A stretch of 63,495 bases of DNA, counting the filler, from Gemmatimonadota bacterium (GTDB lineage Bacteria; 4572-55; J002): NCBI GenBank assembly GCA_003697105.1. It is 4 parts of 4 records of this genome, joined end to end, with 100 filler letters (N's around TTAATTAATTAA, not from the genome) between each part and the next. Parts side by side here need not be neighbours in the genome. Positions count along the whole stretch, not along the records: positions 59,131 to 63,495 come from RFFQ01000094.1; 3 more parts are not named here. One strand, 5' to 3'. The first letter of the stretch is position 1. Every line of letters begins with the position of its first letter. Shown here piece after piece: positions 61,164 through 63,495 of this stretch. The notes under the pieces are model-generated. The model saw only the letters and a program-made list of their open reading frames with translations, made no database searches and had not been told where the DNA came from. The position numbers were made by a program, and so were the translations under genes.

Positions 61164-62231
61164 TTAAATTGAGATAAGTTCCATAGGAGTTTGTGTTAGC
61201 AGTTCCACGCTCTGATCCTGAACCAGCAGAGTATTTTCAATGCGAACACCTCCACGACCACGCAAATACACGCCGGGTTCTAGGGCAAGCGCCATACCTT
61301 GCTGTAAATGTCCGGTACCGGTAACCGAGATGTCCGGGGCTTCGTGGAGTTCCAGCCCAATTCCATGCCCAACGGTGGGACACCCAACATCGGGGTAACC
61401 GGCATCCGCCATGATCTGTCGGATGAGGGTATCCACCGCTTTAACTGGTTTGCCCGCACAGATCGCCGTATTTGCCCATCTTTGGGCGTCTAACACGGCT
61501 TGATGCACCTCTGTCTGCCACATGGAAGGTGTTCCGAGGACCACCATCCGTGTCATATCGGCGGCATAGCCCTGAACAACGCACCCCAAATCGATCAGCA
61601 CAAAGTCACCCGTTTCCAGTGGCTTAGCAGATGGTGAGGCATGCGGTAAGGCGGTACGAAAACCGCTCGTCACCATTGGCGGAAATGCGAGCCGTTCCGC
61701 GCCGGTTTGCCGGCACTGATAGACAATTTCCAGAGCCAACTCCCGTTCCGTCATGCCCGGTGTAATGCGTTCCACGCTGGCTTGGAACACCTGATCTGTT
61801 AAGGCAGCGGCTTGCCGCAGATAGGCTTGTTCGGTCTCATCCTTTAGCAACCGAAATTGCTCCACCCATCCAGAACAGGGCACAAGCGTTATCTCAGGGG
61901 CAAAGAACTGCGCTAACTGCTTATACTGATTAAAACTGAGGTGATCCGCTTCACATCCCAGCCGTTTTACCTTCCCGGACCGCAGGTGTCGCGCCAGTAG
62001 TGGCAAGGGATCGCCCGTTACCAGATGGACATCAATGTGGGTAAGTTCGACGTTTGCTTGGTCGATATAGCGGTGATCCGTAAAAAAATCAACCGGTTGC
62101 CGGCGAACCAACAAAAAACCGGTTGTGCCCGAAAAATTACATAAATACCGCAAATTGGAAGGATGCGTAATTAAAATTGCATCCAGTTGCTCCCATGCTA
62201 ACCGCTGTTGAAGGCGTTGCACGCGTGTCAT
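61164..62231 (-). CDS. Xaa-Pro aminopeptidase (M24)
   Basis: NLRYLCNFSG, FFTDHRY, LPHA, DLG..GYAADMTR, GHGIGLELHE, EPGVY, GVRIE. Confidence 0.9.
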   Translation of the reverse strand: MTRVQRLQQRLAWEQLDAILITHPSNLRYLCNFSGTTGFLLVRRQPVDFFTDHRYIDQANVELTHIDVHLVTGDPLPLLARHLRSGKVKRLGCEADHLSFNQYKQLAQFFAPEITLVPCSGWVEQFRLLKDETEQAYLRQAAALTDQVFQASVERITPGMTERELALEIVYQCRQTGAERLAFPPMVTSGFRTALPHASPSAKPLETGDFVLIDLGCVVQGYAADMTRMVVLGTPSMWQTEVHQAVLDAQRWANTAICAGKPVKAVDTLIRQIMADAGYPDVGCPTVGHGIGLELHEAPDISVTGTGHLQQGMALALEPGVYLRGRGGVRIENTLLVQDQSVELLTQTPMELISI

Positions 62232-62233
62232 TT

Positions 62234-63495
62234 TTATTTTTTCTGCAGACCGTTCAACCAATCCTGAAATGAGTCATGATCGGTATAAAGCGCCTTCTTT
62301 TTTTTGGATTCATTTTTTGATGCTTCCGGTTCCGGTGGTGATTCTGGTGGTGCCGCAGATTTGTCTGTATCCAGATTCAGGTCAAGGTCATCGTTTACGA
62401 GTTCCGGCTCTGGGGTGGGTACGTGCTGAGCGGAGGGAATATTGGGAGCAAAATCAAAAAGGGTGTCTTCTTCAAAACCGGCATTATCGACCGGCGTAGA
62501 TTCCGTTGCCGGTGCGGTGGCGGCATCTGTTTCCGTGCCAAAATCCAGTTCAAACGTCTCTTCTTCCGAAAAATGATCGGGTACTTCTGACGTCGCAGCC
62601 GGTGTGGAATCCTCAGTAAACTCAAACGCATCATCCACCGGGGAAGATTCGTTCGCGGGTTCTTCATCCATAAACGAAAGCATCTCATCTGTGGTATCTG
62701 GGGCACTTACCGGTGTAGAACCGGTGACGGCAGGTTCGGTATCCCCAGAAAGCCGCTCATTCGCCGCAGTCAACCACGGTTCAAGCTCAATATCTTCGGC
62801 GTAGGTCTCAATGAGGGCATCTAACAGTTGCGCCGCCGTGATCTGTTTGAGTGTTTTTGGTGGAATCCAGAGTGGTAATTGTTGCACTAAGGTACGAGCT
62901 AACACGCCCGGAGAAGCAGAGACTTGCGGGGGGGGAGTTTCACCGGTAACAGGTTCAACTCCAGGAATAGCAGTAACATCTACATCCAATTCCACATCAT
63001 CCTCATCTGAGGATTCCGCTTCAAATACAAAGGCATCTTCCAGATCGGTCGTATTCGTTTCAAGGGAATCCTCCGCTTCAACGGGGATAAAATCCTCGTC
63101 TTCCGTAGGCACGTTTTCATGGCGGTCAATGAAAATATCCGAAAAATCTGTTGGGGAGCTATCCTCTGCGGTCAATTCCGTATCCACCAGATCGCCATCT
63201 AGGCTCACGGCACTTAAATCCAAACCCGCATAAGCATCGCCTCCCGATTCTTCTTCAAAATTATCAGACACCGGAAAAGCCATTTCATTATCCGCTTCCA
63301 CCGGTATCGATTCTAAACCATCTAACGCGTCAAACATGCCATCAGCGGAGTCCTCTTCTTCAAACGAGACCGGTTGTATCGTATCAAATGTACCATCTTC
63401 AATGGTTTCTTCCTCAAATGTAACCGAATCTAGGTCATCAAAGGCATCTTCACTAAGGCTACCTTCATCAAATGTAACCGAATCTAGGTCATCAA
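62234..63495 (-). CDS. Very acidic, low-complexity protein; 5'-partial (frame open to the window end)
   Basis: D/E/P-rich with recurring FD/FE motifs; C-terminal DSFQDWLNGLQKK; 54-bp tandem repeat at 63416-63495. Confidence 0.7.
   Translation of the reverse strand, partial: DDLDSVTFDEGSLSEDAFDDLDSVTFEEETIEDGTFDTIQPVSFEEEDSADGMFDALDGLESIPVEADNEMAFPVSDNFEEESGGDAYAGLDLSAVSLDGDLVDTELTAEDSSPTDFSDIFIDRHENVPTEDEDFIPVEAEDSLETNTTDLEDAFVFEAESSDEDDVELDVDVTAIPGVEPVTGETPPPQVSASPGVLARTLVQQLPLWIPPKTLKQITAAQLLDALIETYAEDIELEPWLTAANERLSGDTEPAVTGSTPVSAPDTTDEMLSFMDEEPANESSPVDDAFEFTEDSTPAATSEVPDHFSEEETFELDFGTETDAATAPATESTPVDNAGFEEDTLFDFAPNIPSAQHVPTPEPELVNDDLDLNLDTDKSAAPPESPPEPEASKNESKKKKALYTDHDSFQDWLNGLQKK

Noticed and set aside
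42-63423. Numerous short antisense or overlapping ORFs in the track, and upstream extensions of proC, apbC, ilvE, pepF and the DUF3078-like gene
   Set aside because: They shadow well-supported genes, lack motifs, or extend past better SD-supported starts.

Overview
Bacterial draft or metagenome-assembled sequence from a diderm, LPS-producing organism. An LpxC-FabZ fusion, BamA/Skp and DUF3078-like and DUF5723-like barrels suggest an FCB-group or allied candidate phylum (inference). The window is four contigs joined by artificial 100-nt linkers (N44-TTAATTAATTAA-N44 at 24124, 53755 and 59031), so adjacency across them means nothing. Contig 1 (1-24123): DUF58, transaldolase, HtrA, two-component genes, bamA-skp-lpxC/fabZ-lpxA-recO, proC, moxR, kdsA-murB. 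Contig 2 (24224-53754): a 5'-truncated type III-B CRISPR cmr6, Mrp/CDGSH, vWA-MoxR-DUF58-transglutaminase, housekeeping genes (tsaE, pyrC, dNK, ilvE, pepF, rnhB, purQ, metH, menE, menA) and a KamA-family radical SAM enzyme. Contig 3 (53855-59030): an IS66 right end, a 1319-aa cyclase-STAND-TPR protein and a secreted protein built from an invariant 16-aa repeat. Contig 4 (59131-end): an L7/L12-CTD-like Pro-repeat protein, accB, efp, an Xaa-Pro peptidase and an acidic disordered protein. The most interesting items are the cyclase-STAND/repeat-protein pair, a telomere-like heptamer palindrome between bamA and skp, and a probable ATC-initiated, translationally coupled DUF58 gene. No tRNA, rRNA or CRISPR array was seen. 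All family calls come from motif recognition by eye, without database searches.
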